Source: Octopus vulgaris
Taxonomy: Eukaryota
Direction: 5' to 3'
Assembly: GCA_951406725.2 (NCBI GenBank)
Contig: OX597816.1
Coordinates: 151,776,001-151,840,000 of the forward strand
DNA length: 64,000 nt
This document shows, piece after piece, positions 51,409-64,000 of this stretch; within the stretch, counting starts at the first letter, position 1; every line of letters begins with the position of its first letter. The position numbers were made by a program, and so were the translations under genes. The notes under the pieces were generated by a model. The model did not search any database, was not told where the DNA came from, and saw nothing but the letters and a program-made list of their open reading frames with translations.

Positions 51409-51412
<4 letters not shown>
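51095..51412 (-). mobile_element. Abundant (GAT)n-tailed non-autonomous retroposon (SINE/RTE-derived); copies at ~1510-1667, 4783-5120, 11690-11890, 16500-16780, 20505-20670, 25210-25360, 30065-30230, 43631-44050, 45120-45540, 53570-53750
   Basis: shared core GTGGTTGGCGTTAGGAAGGGCATCCAGCTGTAGAAAC and 3' end CCATGCTAGCATGGAAAGC.GAC.TTAAACGATGATGATG. Confidence 0.8.
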
Positions 51413-51445
<33 letters not shown>

Positions 51446-52028
51446 ATATATATATGTGCGTGTGTGTGTATATATATATATATGTATGTATTTATGTATA
51501 TACATATACACATATATGTGTAACCTGTACACACACACATAGATTGCATGCACACACAATCTGCACTCACACACATATATGCACATCTACATAGATTCAT
51601 AGATACATCCATGCATATTTTCATACATGTGTATATTTCTGAAGTGCAGTATATACATTGATCTACCAGACAAAATTATACCATTCAATAATTCACATTC
51701 TAATGATTTAACACCTGCTTCTGTTTTGTGAAAAAGAATTATTGCTGTCTAATTGCCTTCTGACTATGCATTTATCTGGAGTTATCATATAATGACAGAA
51801 AGTTTTGAGAAATTTGTGTTTACAGGATATCATGCATTTACCTCTATGATTAAGTTATTTCTTATCAGTAAGAAAAGTATCTTAAGTCCTATTGTACAGA
51901 ACCTACAATCTTTTTTGTTTGCTGTGTATGTGGGAGCTGTTGTGTTCTGAGACATCTGTATTATCTTTCAAATATGAAAGGTTGATTTGATTATCTACTA
52001 CCTGTTAATCTTTATTAGAGGTTTGGTG

Positions 52029-52060
<32 letters not shown>

Positions 52061-52136
52061 CATACATACATACATACATACATACATACATACATACACG
52101 CACACACACATGTGTGTGTATGTGTGTGTGTATGCA

Positions 52137-52197
<61 letters not shown>

Positions 52198-52559
52198 TGA
52201 CTGTTTGCTACTCTCTTGACCTGATTATTCATTGCCATTTTAATATAGGTCTTCATAAATTGATTCTGTACCTAAATAAATCATTTTGAATGTTTTTTGA
52301 GTTATTTGAGAAATTTATGAAGCCTTTATGTATAATATTTCTGTCAGTTTTATCCCTGGAAATGGATAAATATTTTGTTAGTTTACAGTACTGATATTAA
52401 GTTCTTTCAAATGTAACAGAAAACTGCAAGAATTCTCTGCAGTGCCAGTGCTAATGAACTTCAAAGAATTATTACTCATACACTCATTCATTTTGGCCTT
52501 TGCTTTTGATGAAAAATTAAAATATAATAATAATGATGATAATAATAATAATAATAATA

Positions 52560-52598
<39 letters not shown>

Positions 52599-54866
52599 TT
52601 GTTGTTGTTGTTAATAATAGTTTGTGGGTCATGTCATTCATTGTTTTTAGTGTTACTTTCATTTTAGTAGTGTGTCTGACATTTGTTTGTGAAATAGCTT
52701 CTTCTTTGAAAAAATGTCAACCAGTTGAAAAATTAATGAATGCTTATGATTCACTGTCAGTGGTTCTAGAAAATAATGATTTATTCTGATTAGCCAAAAG
52801 GCCAATTTTTTTAAGGAAAGGAGATATAATCAGTTGGCTCAACTCAAGTTTATTACTGGTATTGTTTTGCTCAATTCTCCTGAAGGATAAACAGCAGAAT
52901 CAACTCCAGTTTCAATTAAGTAGACACAGTAAATACTTACTATAGGATTTAGGTTTCCTAGTTTCATAACCATCTTCATTGCCCTGTATTGAATGGGAGA
53001 AGATCTAGTGAATATAATCGATCCTTTATTGAGATTTCTTTTATCAATATTAAGGTGGATGAAATGTTAAGTTAGCATCTGGCATGAATCAAACACACAA
53101 GGACAAAGAATTACAGAGGTGGGTACATTTCAGTGGTAGAAAGTGGGTTTTGGCTACCTTGTGTAGCAATCAAGTTGGCTACACACTTTCTTAAATGTAA
53201 TGCCTTTAACTACAGTAAAAACTAAAGGTTGCACATCAGCTGCACTGGTGCCTGTCAAGGCACTTGACATGCACCACATGCATTGCACCAGATAATGAAC
53301 CATCACTCGGTGACAGCCTGATCCTTGTTCATCACTCATTCATCACTCACTACATTCTTCTCACTCCCCCCTATATCTAACCATCTGTTACTCCTCCCTC
53401 ACTTTCTTATGAAACTGTACCTCCACGTCCCTAATCCACTCTCTGTATCCTCCCTTAGGCTCACCTTCTTGTACCTTGCGAATTTGTTCTGGTACCCCAT
53501 CACTACTATCTTTATTTTCTTCCCAGCTATTCCTGTCCAACCTTACAGTGTAGATCATGGCTGCAGCAAGACACCCGTGAAAAAGAAAAAAAAAAAAGTA
53601 AAAAGCTCCCAGTACAGACTGTAAAGTGGTTGGCATTAGGAAGGGCAACTATGCCAAAGATGACATTGAAGTTTGAAGGCATCCTCTAGCTTGCTGCATC
53701 CTGTTAAAACATTCAAATCATGCCAGTATAGAAAACATGGTTACATGCTGATGGAAGGGGAAGGGTAGTGTTTTTGGGTTCACACCTATGTTGCTGAGTT
53801 GGTATGATTAGTACAATTAATGCTTTCTTTGATTTATTGTCGGTTATAGATGGAGGGCAAAAACAAACAGGAATGGAATTTTTGTAGGATACACTTCTAA
53901 TGAAGTGAATAGTCCAGGGAGTTAGGGACAGTGTTTGGAGTTGGAAGGGGAGATAGTAATGGGGTAAAATGTAGAGGTAGTTGTATCTGGCTTTTGCTCT
54001 GAAGTATTTCTGCAATAAACCTTGCCTGAAGAAGAAAATTTTGGGTAATTTACACTTGAGAAGAAATGTATAATAAGTGTAAAAGAGCTGTCTATTTATC
54101 ATATTTAATGTATATACACTATTGGCATGCAAGATACTGTGGCTTTCAGCAAAACTAAAATGCTATAGATTTGCAGTGTTAAAACACACTCACACACACA
54201 CATGTAGAAGGTTGAAAAAGAACACATGAGTTGATATATATGGAAAAAAAGTCATAGAAAATGCTAAATTAATTTTATAAAAAACATTTCAGTACTGGTT
54301 TCAGTCATTTCTTTATTATCACTTGGGAAGTAGTCATCATATTCATCCAAATACTCTATTTCTAAGACTTCCATAAAATAATAACTCATGAGCATTCTTT
54401 CTTTCTCCAAAGTAGATGCAGCATGGCCGTGTGGTTGAGAGGTTTACTTTGCCACCAAGTAACTTCAGGTTCAATTCCAGTCACATTACCTGATCCCCTG
54501 GGAATGTGTCTACTACTGTGGCCTCAAGTTGGCCAGGTGAGTGAAATTTGATAAAAGGAAACTGTGTGGAATCCTGTAGGAGGCATTGTTTCTGCTCCTA
54601 GTTGGTAGGCTTAGTTTGGCATTTGGGCATTGGGTACCTTTAGTGCAGCTTACTCTGTTGCAAGTGATAAAAATACATATCATAGTAAATTAATCAACAG
54701 AGAATTAATGTTATCAAAAGATGATGATGGTGAGGTGAATGAGTGGGGGATCACTGAAAACTTAGTTTGATATATATATATATATAAGAAGGATATAGAT
54801 ATGTGTGTATATATATATCCTTCTTATATATATAAGAAGGATATGTATATGTATATATATATATAT

Positions 54867-54945
<79 letters not shown>

Positions 54946-57000
54946 CAACTTGAGAAAGTCAGTCCCATTCTAATCATTATTGAAGGAAAGAGTTGAATAG
55001 AGTATTACAAGTTAATGAAACATTCATTGATTTTATAATGTAGTGAATTGCTCATATCCTATGGTACTTATTGCTAGCAAAATGGACTATATTATTTGTG
55101 AGTTAAGTGTCTTGATCATTGATCTCAGGCAGAGCTAGTTGAGAATACACAAACTTGTGAGTCTTTAGCTCAACAACAAAATCTTTTCAATTTGAATATT
55201 TTCAGCTTTGCAACTAAAGTTATTCAATAAATACATAAATAACCAAACAAAAGTGAATGAAATAAAACAGTTTAACTTTATGTAAGAATTTATTTAATGA
55301 AAAATATTAATACTTCTTTAAAGGAAAGAAAATATAGAGTCTCAGAGTCTGAACAATTTTTAATACAAAGAAATCAATAAATCAATACTCAGCAGTTTTT
55401 TTCCTGACTAAGGAAAGCAAGGTTAAAAAAAATTACTTAGGACAAGATTTCAGAGTCATGAAATTATAAACAGTCCCAAAAAGAAAATCATAGGAATGAA
55501 AGAATTTTCAGAAATTTCTATAAGAGGAAATTAAATGGTGGAAAAAGAATTAGAGAAGAAAAGTAGTGACTAACTTTTTAACATTAGAAAGAGATACAGT
55601 TGATCTTTCTTTAGATTTTTTCCTTATTTTTGAAAAACATACTGTGGAAAATAAAATATTTGATAAATATAGATTTGATGTCTCCAGTTTTATATTTCAC
55701 TGCCATAAAAGGAATAGAAAGTTCTCTGTAACAACAGGAATTTTCATGATAAACTTACCTTGGAATCTAAATCTGACATCTTGACATCTTATCAACTTTG
55801 AATTGAAAAGAAAACATAGAATATTGAAAATATTGATAAAGAAAGATGTTTTTTTTCCATAATTATGATTGTAATAGATGATTAAAAGATATGGATAATG
55901 TACAGAGCAGATTAAAACAGATATGATTTGAAATAACAAATAACAAGCAAACATATCACTGTCTTGAGAAGCATATTAGAAATGGAAAATAATAGGATAT
56001 ATTTGGTTAAAATTTTAGTGAAAGAATATCTGAATCAATTAAAAAAAGTATAAAAATAAAAGGGAAAAGAAGCAGGCATTGTTTAATGAAATTGTGAGTA
56101 TGGGGGATGTTTAGTTAAAAAAAAAATGGAAAGCTTTGAGACCAGCATATTTCATTTGTGGTTCATTTTGATTTGCAAATAGCAAAGACATCAGAAGCAA
56201 ACATTAAAAGTACTTCCACCGAGATTTAGAAAGAGGAAGCTGTTCATAACAATTATGTCACAGTTGATATTGAGTAAAAGCTAACTAAAAAGAAAATAAA
56301 CAAATAATACAATTTTTTGAATTCAATAACATTTATGAAATTTTTAGTGTTGAAATGTAGCAAGAAATGATTTGAAAACATTTGATTTGGTCAAAGGTTG
56401 GAGTTCTTTTAACTCACTGTCACATACATCATTGTAGTAAACACTAAATTTTATCACCCAATGGTTTTTCGCATAAATTATATTATGCAATGATGATGAT
56501 GATGATGAGTATGATGATGATAATGATGATGATGAAGATGATGTTGACAATAATGATGATGATGATAAAAATATTAATGAAAATAACAATGTTATTGAAA
56601 TGATTAACAAAGGATTAACAGAGTAACAAGCAGAGTAACAATAACAATAAGTCTGAGGTATACATTAGACATGAAGCCTCATATTTATATTTATAAAAAA
56701 ACAAGAAATAGCAGGTAGTCACATTTATGCCTTTCCTAAAGGCAGTAGGGATGTTGGTAAATGTAGAAACAGTACCCCTGTGACTATAACAATTGCAACA
56801 ACAATAATCTTTTAATGCCAAGTTGACACAGCCTAAGGAGAGTGTTCTTGTGGTATATGAATTGTAACATTTTAGTCCATCGGCACAAATTTCCCTTTCA
56901 TCATTGAGTTACAGAAATAGTCTATTGTCATCGCTTTCTTAGTTATGAGTCTTGTAAATTTTTCATTTTGTGCACATGGGCACACATGTGTACACATGCA

Positions 57001-57140
<140 letters not shown>

Positions 57141-57792
57141 GATTTCTTATGAAAGATAATTTTTCAGGATCAGGATCTCATTTTCAGAAAAACAAACATT
57201 TAGACAATGTATTCTTCATCCAAGCTCATACTAAACCTGAAGTTAAATAAATTAGTAAATCAGTACATTACCAATCAACTGATAAGTAAACTATGATGCA
57301 TCAAATTATAAATTTGTGTATTTTTCAAACAAAATACTGACTTGCTTTGCAACTATGTAGTTTCAGGTTCAGTCCCACTGTGTGGCATCCTGGGCCAGTA
57401 TTTTTCTTCTATAGACCTGGGCTGATCAACGCCTTGTGAGTGAATTTGATAGACAGAAACTTTGTAGAAGTCCATTATAAATGTGTGCATGTGTGTGTGT
57501 GGTTGTATCTTTGCATTTGCATTTGTCCCCACCACCTCACAGCTTGTCAGTGTTGGTTTGTCTTCTTCCCTGTAATTTAGCACTTTAACAAAAGAGAGAT
57601 TAATAGAATAAATACCAGAATTTTAAAAAAGGAGAAAAACGTAAGTACTGGGCTCAATATAACAGTTTGATTCAGCCCTACACATGGGGCTAAATCAAGC
57701 TATTTTAAATAATGATATGCGTAACCCCTATTTAAGGTGCCTTTTTCTTTGCGTTTGTCCACTTACTGGTGTGTGCATTTATATATATGTAT

Positions 57793-57881
<89 letters not shown>

Positions 57882-57887
57882 CATATA

Positions 57888-57918
<31 letters not shown>

Positions 57919-57936
57919 TTTAATTTATTATATAGG

Positions 57937-57987
57937 AGCTTCTACAGGACTAGAACTGTTTCATTCAAGAAAAATCTTCAGGAAGCT
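57937..57987 (-). ncRNA. Type I hammerhead ribozyme (inverted copy of 61648-61698)
   Basis: - strand: AGCUUC [CUGAAGA] uuuuucuugaau [GAAA] CAG-uucuaguc-CUG [UA] GAAGCU. Confidence 0.7.
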
Positions 57988-58599
57988 AGTTAACAAGAAT
58001 TGTATTGGCATTTATACATTTAGGCAGGTTTAAAGGGGTGGTGGTGGGGGACTATAGTTCTTGTAGTTTGCAACCAGATTGATGACACCCCACCCACAAA
58101 CCCCCCCAATCCCACCGTTCCCCTAGCACCCCCGATTACCATTTCTCCTAAGACCTTTCACATATTGTATGTGCACGCTTGTATATGTGTATTGTATATA
58201 TGTATAGAAATGTATGGGTATAGTAGGAATATACGCATGTATTATGTGTGTGTGTGTGTGTATGTATGTAAAAAAAAAAATATATATATATGTATGTGTG
58301 TGTGTGTGTTTGTATATATGTATATATGTATATATATGTGTGTATGCATATGTATGTGTATATGTATGTGTGTATGTATGTGTATGTATGTATAAAATAT
58401 TATATAATTAGGGCTTAGTAAAATAAATTACTTTGCCACATACTGAACTTTCTAGAAATAGCAGCCCAAAAAGTTTTTTAGCCTCTTCCACTACTTAAAG
58501 AATATTTTCTATCAGACATTGTTTACTCAAAAAAATAATGGTCCTTTTACATACTGAATACTTGGTGAAATTGATTAATAACTAATTAACTTTACCCTC

Positions 58600-58605
58600 A
58601 ATTGT

Positions 58606-58683
<78 letters not shown>

Positions 58684-58934
58684 ATGTGTGTGTGTGTGTA
58701 TATATGTATATATGTGTGTGTATATATGTATTTATATGTTTGTATATATATATGTATATGTATGTGTGTGTGTATGTGTATGTATATATATATATATATA
58801 TATAAGTGTACGCGAGTATGTCGATGTATATGTAGGTTTGTAGAGTTATGTGTATGTGCATGTATGTGTGTGTATATACAGATTGTAGATGGGTATATAT
58901 ATGTGTGTGTATATATGCATATATATATGTATAT

Positions 58935-58988
<54 letters not shown>

Positions 58989-59154
58989 GTGGGTATGTAG
59001 AGTTATACGTATGTGCATGTGTATATGTATGTATATGTATATGTATATATATATGTATGTGTATGTGTATGTATGTATATATATGTGTGTGTGTGTGTAT
59101 GTGTGTATATATATGTATGTATATATGTATATATGTGTATATGTGTAGGTGTGG

Positions 59155-59190
<36 letters not shown>

Positions 59191-59422
59191 ATATGTATGT
59201 GTATGTGTATATATATGTATGTATATATATATATGTATGTGTAAGTGTATATATATATGTATATATATATATATATGTGTATGTGTGAATATATATATAT
59301 GTATACATATGTGTATGTATGTATGTATGTATATATGTATGTATATATGTGTGTAAGTGTGTGTATATATGTATATGTAAGTGTGTGTGTGTGTGTATGA
59401 GTATGTATGTATGTTTGCACAC

Positions 59423-59490
<68 letters not shown>

Positions 59491-59627
59491 GTATATATGT
59501 ATGTGTGTGTGTGTGTATATATGTATGTGTGTGTGTGTATGTGTGTGTATATATGTATGTGTGTGTGTGTATGTGTGTACATGTATATGTATGTGTATGT
59601 ATGTATGTGTATATATATATATATATA

Positions 59628-59674
<47 letters not shown>

Positions 59675-59919
59675 ATGTGTATGTGTGTGTATGTATATGT
59701 ATGTATATATGTGTGTATGTGTGTGTATATATATATATATATAGAAATATATATAGATATATATATATATGTATATATGTGTGTATGTATATGTATGTAT
59801 GTATATATATGTGTGTATGTGTATGTGTATATGTACATATACGTGTACGCTCGTGTGTTTATGTATATGTAGGTACGTAGAGTTATGTATGTGTGTATGT
59901 ATATGTACATATGTGTAAG

Positions 59920-59994
<75 letters not shown>

Positions 59995-60341
59995 AAGTTT
60001 ATATGTATGTATCCGTCTGTATAATAGGTAACTGCACGTACATATACTTAATATTTATTATTTATTTTTGAGTATGCATGTATGAATAACTGCGCGTATA
60101 TATATTTTATTATTTATTTTTTGAGTATGCATGTAAGTATGAATATAAGGAGGCGCGTGTGTGTGTGTGTATGTGTAAGCATAGATATATGTATACTTTT
60201 ACGCATGTGTGTACTTATGTGTATATATGGATGCGCGTGTGTGTGTGTGTGTATGGGTACGCATGTACATGTGTATGTGCGTGTATGTGTATATGTGTAT
60301 GTATGTGTGTGTGTATATTTGTATATGTATGTATATGTATG

Positions 60342-60382
<41 letters not shown>

Positions 60383-60521
60383 GTATATGTGTATGTGTAT
60401 GTATTTGTATGTGTATGCATGCGTGTATATATATGTATGTATATGTATACGTGTGGGTGTGTGTATGTGTATATATGTATGTATGGATGTATGTGTGTAT
60501 GTATGTATGCGTGTATATGTG

Positions 60522-60620
<99 letters not shown>

Positions 60621-61240
60621 ATGTATTTGTATGTAGGTGTATATGTATGTGTGTATATATATTTATTGGTGTATATGTATAGACTAGCCTTCTAAGAGTG
60701 TAGACATGAATCTGTAGGTACGCGTACGTATGTGTATATACGTGAATGTATGTAGATGTATGTATGTATGAATATAACGCGTGCGTGTATGTGTATGAGT
60801 GTACGAATGAGTGAGTGTGCGTGCTAATGAGTGTGCGTGCGTGAATGAGTGCTTGTTTTCAAGTAGAAAGATAAATGGACTTGCTGTCAGAGCCAAGATG
60901 CTTGTGACCAGCGGTCAAAGATAACAAAAGTAATAAATGAAGATAATAAAATTAAAATTAGGGAATGGGTCTGTATTTGTATGTATATGTGTGTATGTGT
61001 AGGTATGTATAGGTACACATATGTATATATATATATATGTATATGTATGTGTATGTGTGTATGTGTATATATGTGTATATAGGGACTTGTGTGTTGTGTG
61101 TGCATGTGTGTATGTGGATATGTGTGTGTATGCGTGTATGTGTATGTGTGTGTATGTATATATTTTTTTGTGCGTATATGTATGCGTGGTCGTGTGTGTA
61201 TATATACATGTGTGTGTGTATATGTGTATGCATATATATA

Positions 61241-61290
<50 letters not shown>

Positions 61291-61430
61291 TATATATATG
61301 TATATATATATATATGTGTAGATATATGTATGTATGTGTATGTGTATATATATATATATATGTGTGTGTGTGTATGTATGTGTGTATGTATATGTGTGTG
61401 TGTGTGTGTATATATGTATACATATGTGTA
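58600..61430. repeat. Compound (TA)n/(TG)n/(TATG)n microsatellite field
   Basis: directly visible; source of the many Y/I/C/V/M/H/T ORFs. Confidence 0.95.
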
Positions 61431-61647
61431 TAGGTATAAGTGAGAATCTCCTTATTTACCTAAAACTCTATTCTTTTTTATATATTTTTTTATTCTTTTA
61501 TTTATTCTTTTATCTAATTTACCACTGACTCCTTGACCACTCCCCCAAGTATGATATTTTGCGCTATGCCTACCCCCAAAAAGTCCCCCACCACCACCCC
61601 TTTAAACCTGCCTAAATGTATAAATGCCAATACAATTCTTGTTAACT

Positions 61648-61698
61648 AGCTTCCTGAAGATTTCTCTTGAATGAAACAGTTCTAGTCCTGTAGAAGCT
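61648..61698 (+). ncRNA. Type I hammerhead ribozyme, predicted cleavage after GUA at 61692
   Basis: stem I AGCUUC/GAAGCU, core CUGAAGA, stem II UUC-ucuu-GAA (U.U closing), GAAA, stem III CAG/CUG, GUA triplet. Confidence 0.75.
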
Positions 61699-61781
61699 CC
61701 TTCTATATAATAAATTAATTTTACTCTGCTATGTATTGAGTACCTTATTTACTGTGGTTAACCCCGAATCAACCCGGGACC

Positions 61782-61831
<50 letters not shown>

Positions 61832-62574
61832 TGTGCACACGCACACACACACACATATATATCTCAGAGGTCATCAGCATCACTCGGGCTCATCACAGAT
61901 TGTGCATAAGACACATGTATAAAAGAAGGTAAGAGACCTAATGCAGACTTATATGTGCACTGATAATTTAACAATAAGGCAGAAACATAGTTTTAATGTC
62001 TTTCTCCATTTTTAAGCTAAGGGTAAAAATAGTTTTGATATGTCTTTCTCCATTTCTAAGTTAACCTTGCAAAACACAGCTGATCTTTAAACACAGATGC
62101 ATAGAATAACAGCGATTAAATAATGACAGCTGAGTGCACAGCAAACATCAGTGATCTGACTGTCACCTGTACTCTTGACAGTTAGTCTTTTACACCTACC
62201 AGGATTGTTCGTATTAGCCCTAGTTGCTGTATAAGGTTTCGTTCCTTTAAGAATATTGTAGAACGGAAACATTTCATAGATTGGAATTTAAATCCTAATC
62301 TCTATAGAAATTTATTGTTTCAAGAAAACATTGAATTTGAATTACTTTTAACTTTTACGATTATAGATAACAACTTGGGCTGTAACTTCTGAGTCCGAGT
62401 TAGGTGTGTGTGAACGATGTTAAGAGAATGTCTGCTACAAATGATATTTTTTGACACAGGGCACCTCTAAGATGGCTGTCAGACACTGAATGAAAATAAA
62501 TGAATTGCAACCAGGCTCAATAAAAGGAGCCCTAGTTATTGGCTGCAATTATATACTTGAAGTTAGTGTTAGCA

Positions 62575-63163
62575 GAACTGGAATTTGCATCACCTGTCTG
62601 GAACCCCTATCTTACCCAGGATATTAATTGTCTGGAAACCATTCAGCGATGTGCAACCAAGAGAATACCCTCCATCAGGCATTTGCCATATTCTGAATGC
62701 CTTTCTTCCCTGGGCATGGATACATTGAAACTCCAGCGTCTGGCAGCTGACTTGGCAGACACCCATAAAATTATTAACCATCTTACAAACAATAACTCTG
62801 AGCACCTTTTCAAACTCCACCTGTCTAACACCCGTGGACATGTTTACACAGTCAGAAAACAGCACAGCTCTCATGACTTTCGGAAATATTTTTTCACGCT
62901 AAGAGTTGCTGAAGCATGGAACAAACTGCTGGCATCAGTTGTTAATTGTCGGAGCACTGCATTCTTCAAAACTTCCATGCTTCCTGAGATTCGCCAACAC
63001 TATACCTGATTTTCTCCCTTCCATACACACGCAAGCATGTATCTGATTTATACACTGTTCACTTTCCAGACATTTGTACATTACTGCATATACTTTATAC
63101 GCACTTTTGACAAGTTGTGGTGCACCTGAGCACTGTATACAATAATTTCATTATTATTATTAT
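62575..63163 (+). mobile_element. 5'-truncated CR1 LINE: ORF2 C-terminus + 3' UTR + (ATT)n tail (short 3' copies at ~12010-12120 + and ~49850-50040 -)
   Basis: LEFASPVWNPY...LETIQR.ATK.I...Y...L...L..RL..DL....KI...TRGH...FF..RV...WN.L; tail GTGGTGCACCTGAGCACTGTATACAATAATTTC(ATT)n. Confidence 0.9.
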
Positions 63164-63540
63164 GTAACTACATGTTCACTTCACTTCACTAAATTTATCC
63201 TCAGTTTAAGCCTGAACAGCCCAAGTGCCAGAGTCACCACTGATATATATATATATATATCACTTGATGACATGACTGACCAGGCCATCAGATGTTGCTA
63301 CACATCACTGGTCACAATGCGCTTCGCATTGTTTTAGCCTTCAATGACGCCACCCCACTGGCTAAGCGAGCAGGCCAATAGAAGAAAGAGTGAGAGAAAG
63401 TTGTGGTGAAAGAGTACAGCAGGGATCACCCCCCCCCCCCTGGAGCTTTAGGTGCCTTCACTCAATAAACACTCTGGGAATCGAAACCGCGATCCTACAA
63501 CCGCGAGTCCGCTGCCCTAACCACTGGGCCATTGCACCTC

Positions 63541-63583
<43 letters not shown>

Positions 63584-63770
63584 CATTTTATAAAGGGCTT
63601 AGTAAAATAAATTACTTTGCCACATACTGAACTCATTAGAAATAGCAGCCAAAAAATTTTTTTAGCCATTTCTAATACTTAAAGAAAATTTCTCTCAGAT
63701 AGTGTTTACTCAAAATAACCCACGAAGGTATGGGGGTAAAAACATTAAAAAATCACAAGTGCAAAGATTA

Positions 63771-63832
63771 TTTGAGAACGTACGTTTCTAGATCAGCCAA
63801 ATACAATTCGACATTTCTTTCGTCAGCTCAAA
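63771..63832 (-). ncRNA. Type I hammerhead ribozyme, third sequence family
   Basis: - strand: UUUGAG [CUGACGA] aAGA...UCUa [GAAA] CGUACG [UU] CUCAAA; palindromic stem/loop III ACGUACGU. Confidence 0.6.
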
Positions 63833-63954
63833 ATTTCTTAATTCGGATTTGTAAACACTGAAAGTAGGAGCATACCCTTTTGGCGACTTTTCACCTCCGA
63901 AGATCCGTTCAAACTATATACATATACATATATACACATATATACCATACAGAC

Positions 63955-63991
<37 letters not shown>

Positions 63992-64000
63992 TATATACAC

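Larger units (their letters stand above)
57921..61785 (+). mobile_element. Probable non-coding Penelope-like element derivative with inverted pseudo-LTRs
   Basis: ~133-bp near-identical inverted repeats 57921-58053 / 61582-61717, each carrying a hammerhead; flanked by (TA)n; interior microsatellite-rich with no real ORF. Confidence 0.55.

Noticed and set aside
54280-54312. - strand GACTGAAACCAGTACTGAAATG resembling the 3' half of a minimal hammerhead
   Set aside because: The 5' core and stem I partner are absent
58575-61528. Long ORFs up to 354 aa (YIYIHTHT / CVCVYM)
   Set aside because: Translations of stop-free dinucleotide microsatellites; no coding signal

Overview
AT-rich, microsatellite- and retroposon-dense animal genomic DNA. 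The SINE families and simple-repeat load resemble a coleoid cephalopod such as Octopus; that assignment is inference. Most of the supplied ORFs are spurious. Two spliced genes face each other. (1) On + is an intron-containing YeeE/YedE (TsuA/PmpAB-type) sulfur-transporter gene: 8 exons at 1743-18285, phases consistent, 5' exon(s) upstream of the window. (2) On - is a GPATCH2-family gene: 6 coding exons at 33038-23632, whose C-terminal G-patch is recognisable but has lost its key GW/GLG residues. Mobile DNA includes a near-complete IR/DR DD34E Tc1 element (14144-15750), non-autonomous Helitrons with a head-to-tail array (46632-48184), and CR1/L2/RTE/Tx1 fragments plus many SINEs. A 2.9-kb foldback transposon (43130-46032) has ~1.3-kb near-perfect arms, a 9-bp TSD and the same retroposon in both arms. 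There are also four type I hammerhead ribozyme motifs of three sequence families, typical of Penelope-like elements: one has a G3-C8 swapped core, and an inverted pair brackets 3.5 kb of microsatellite.
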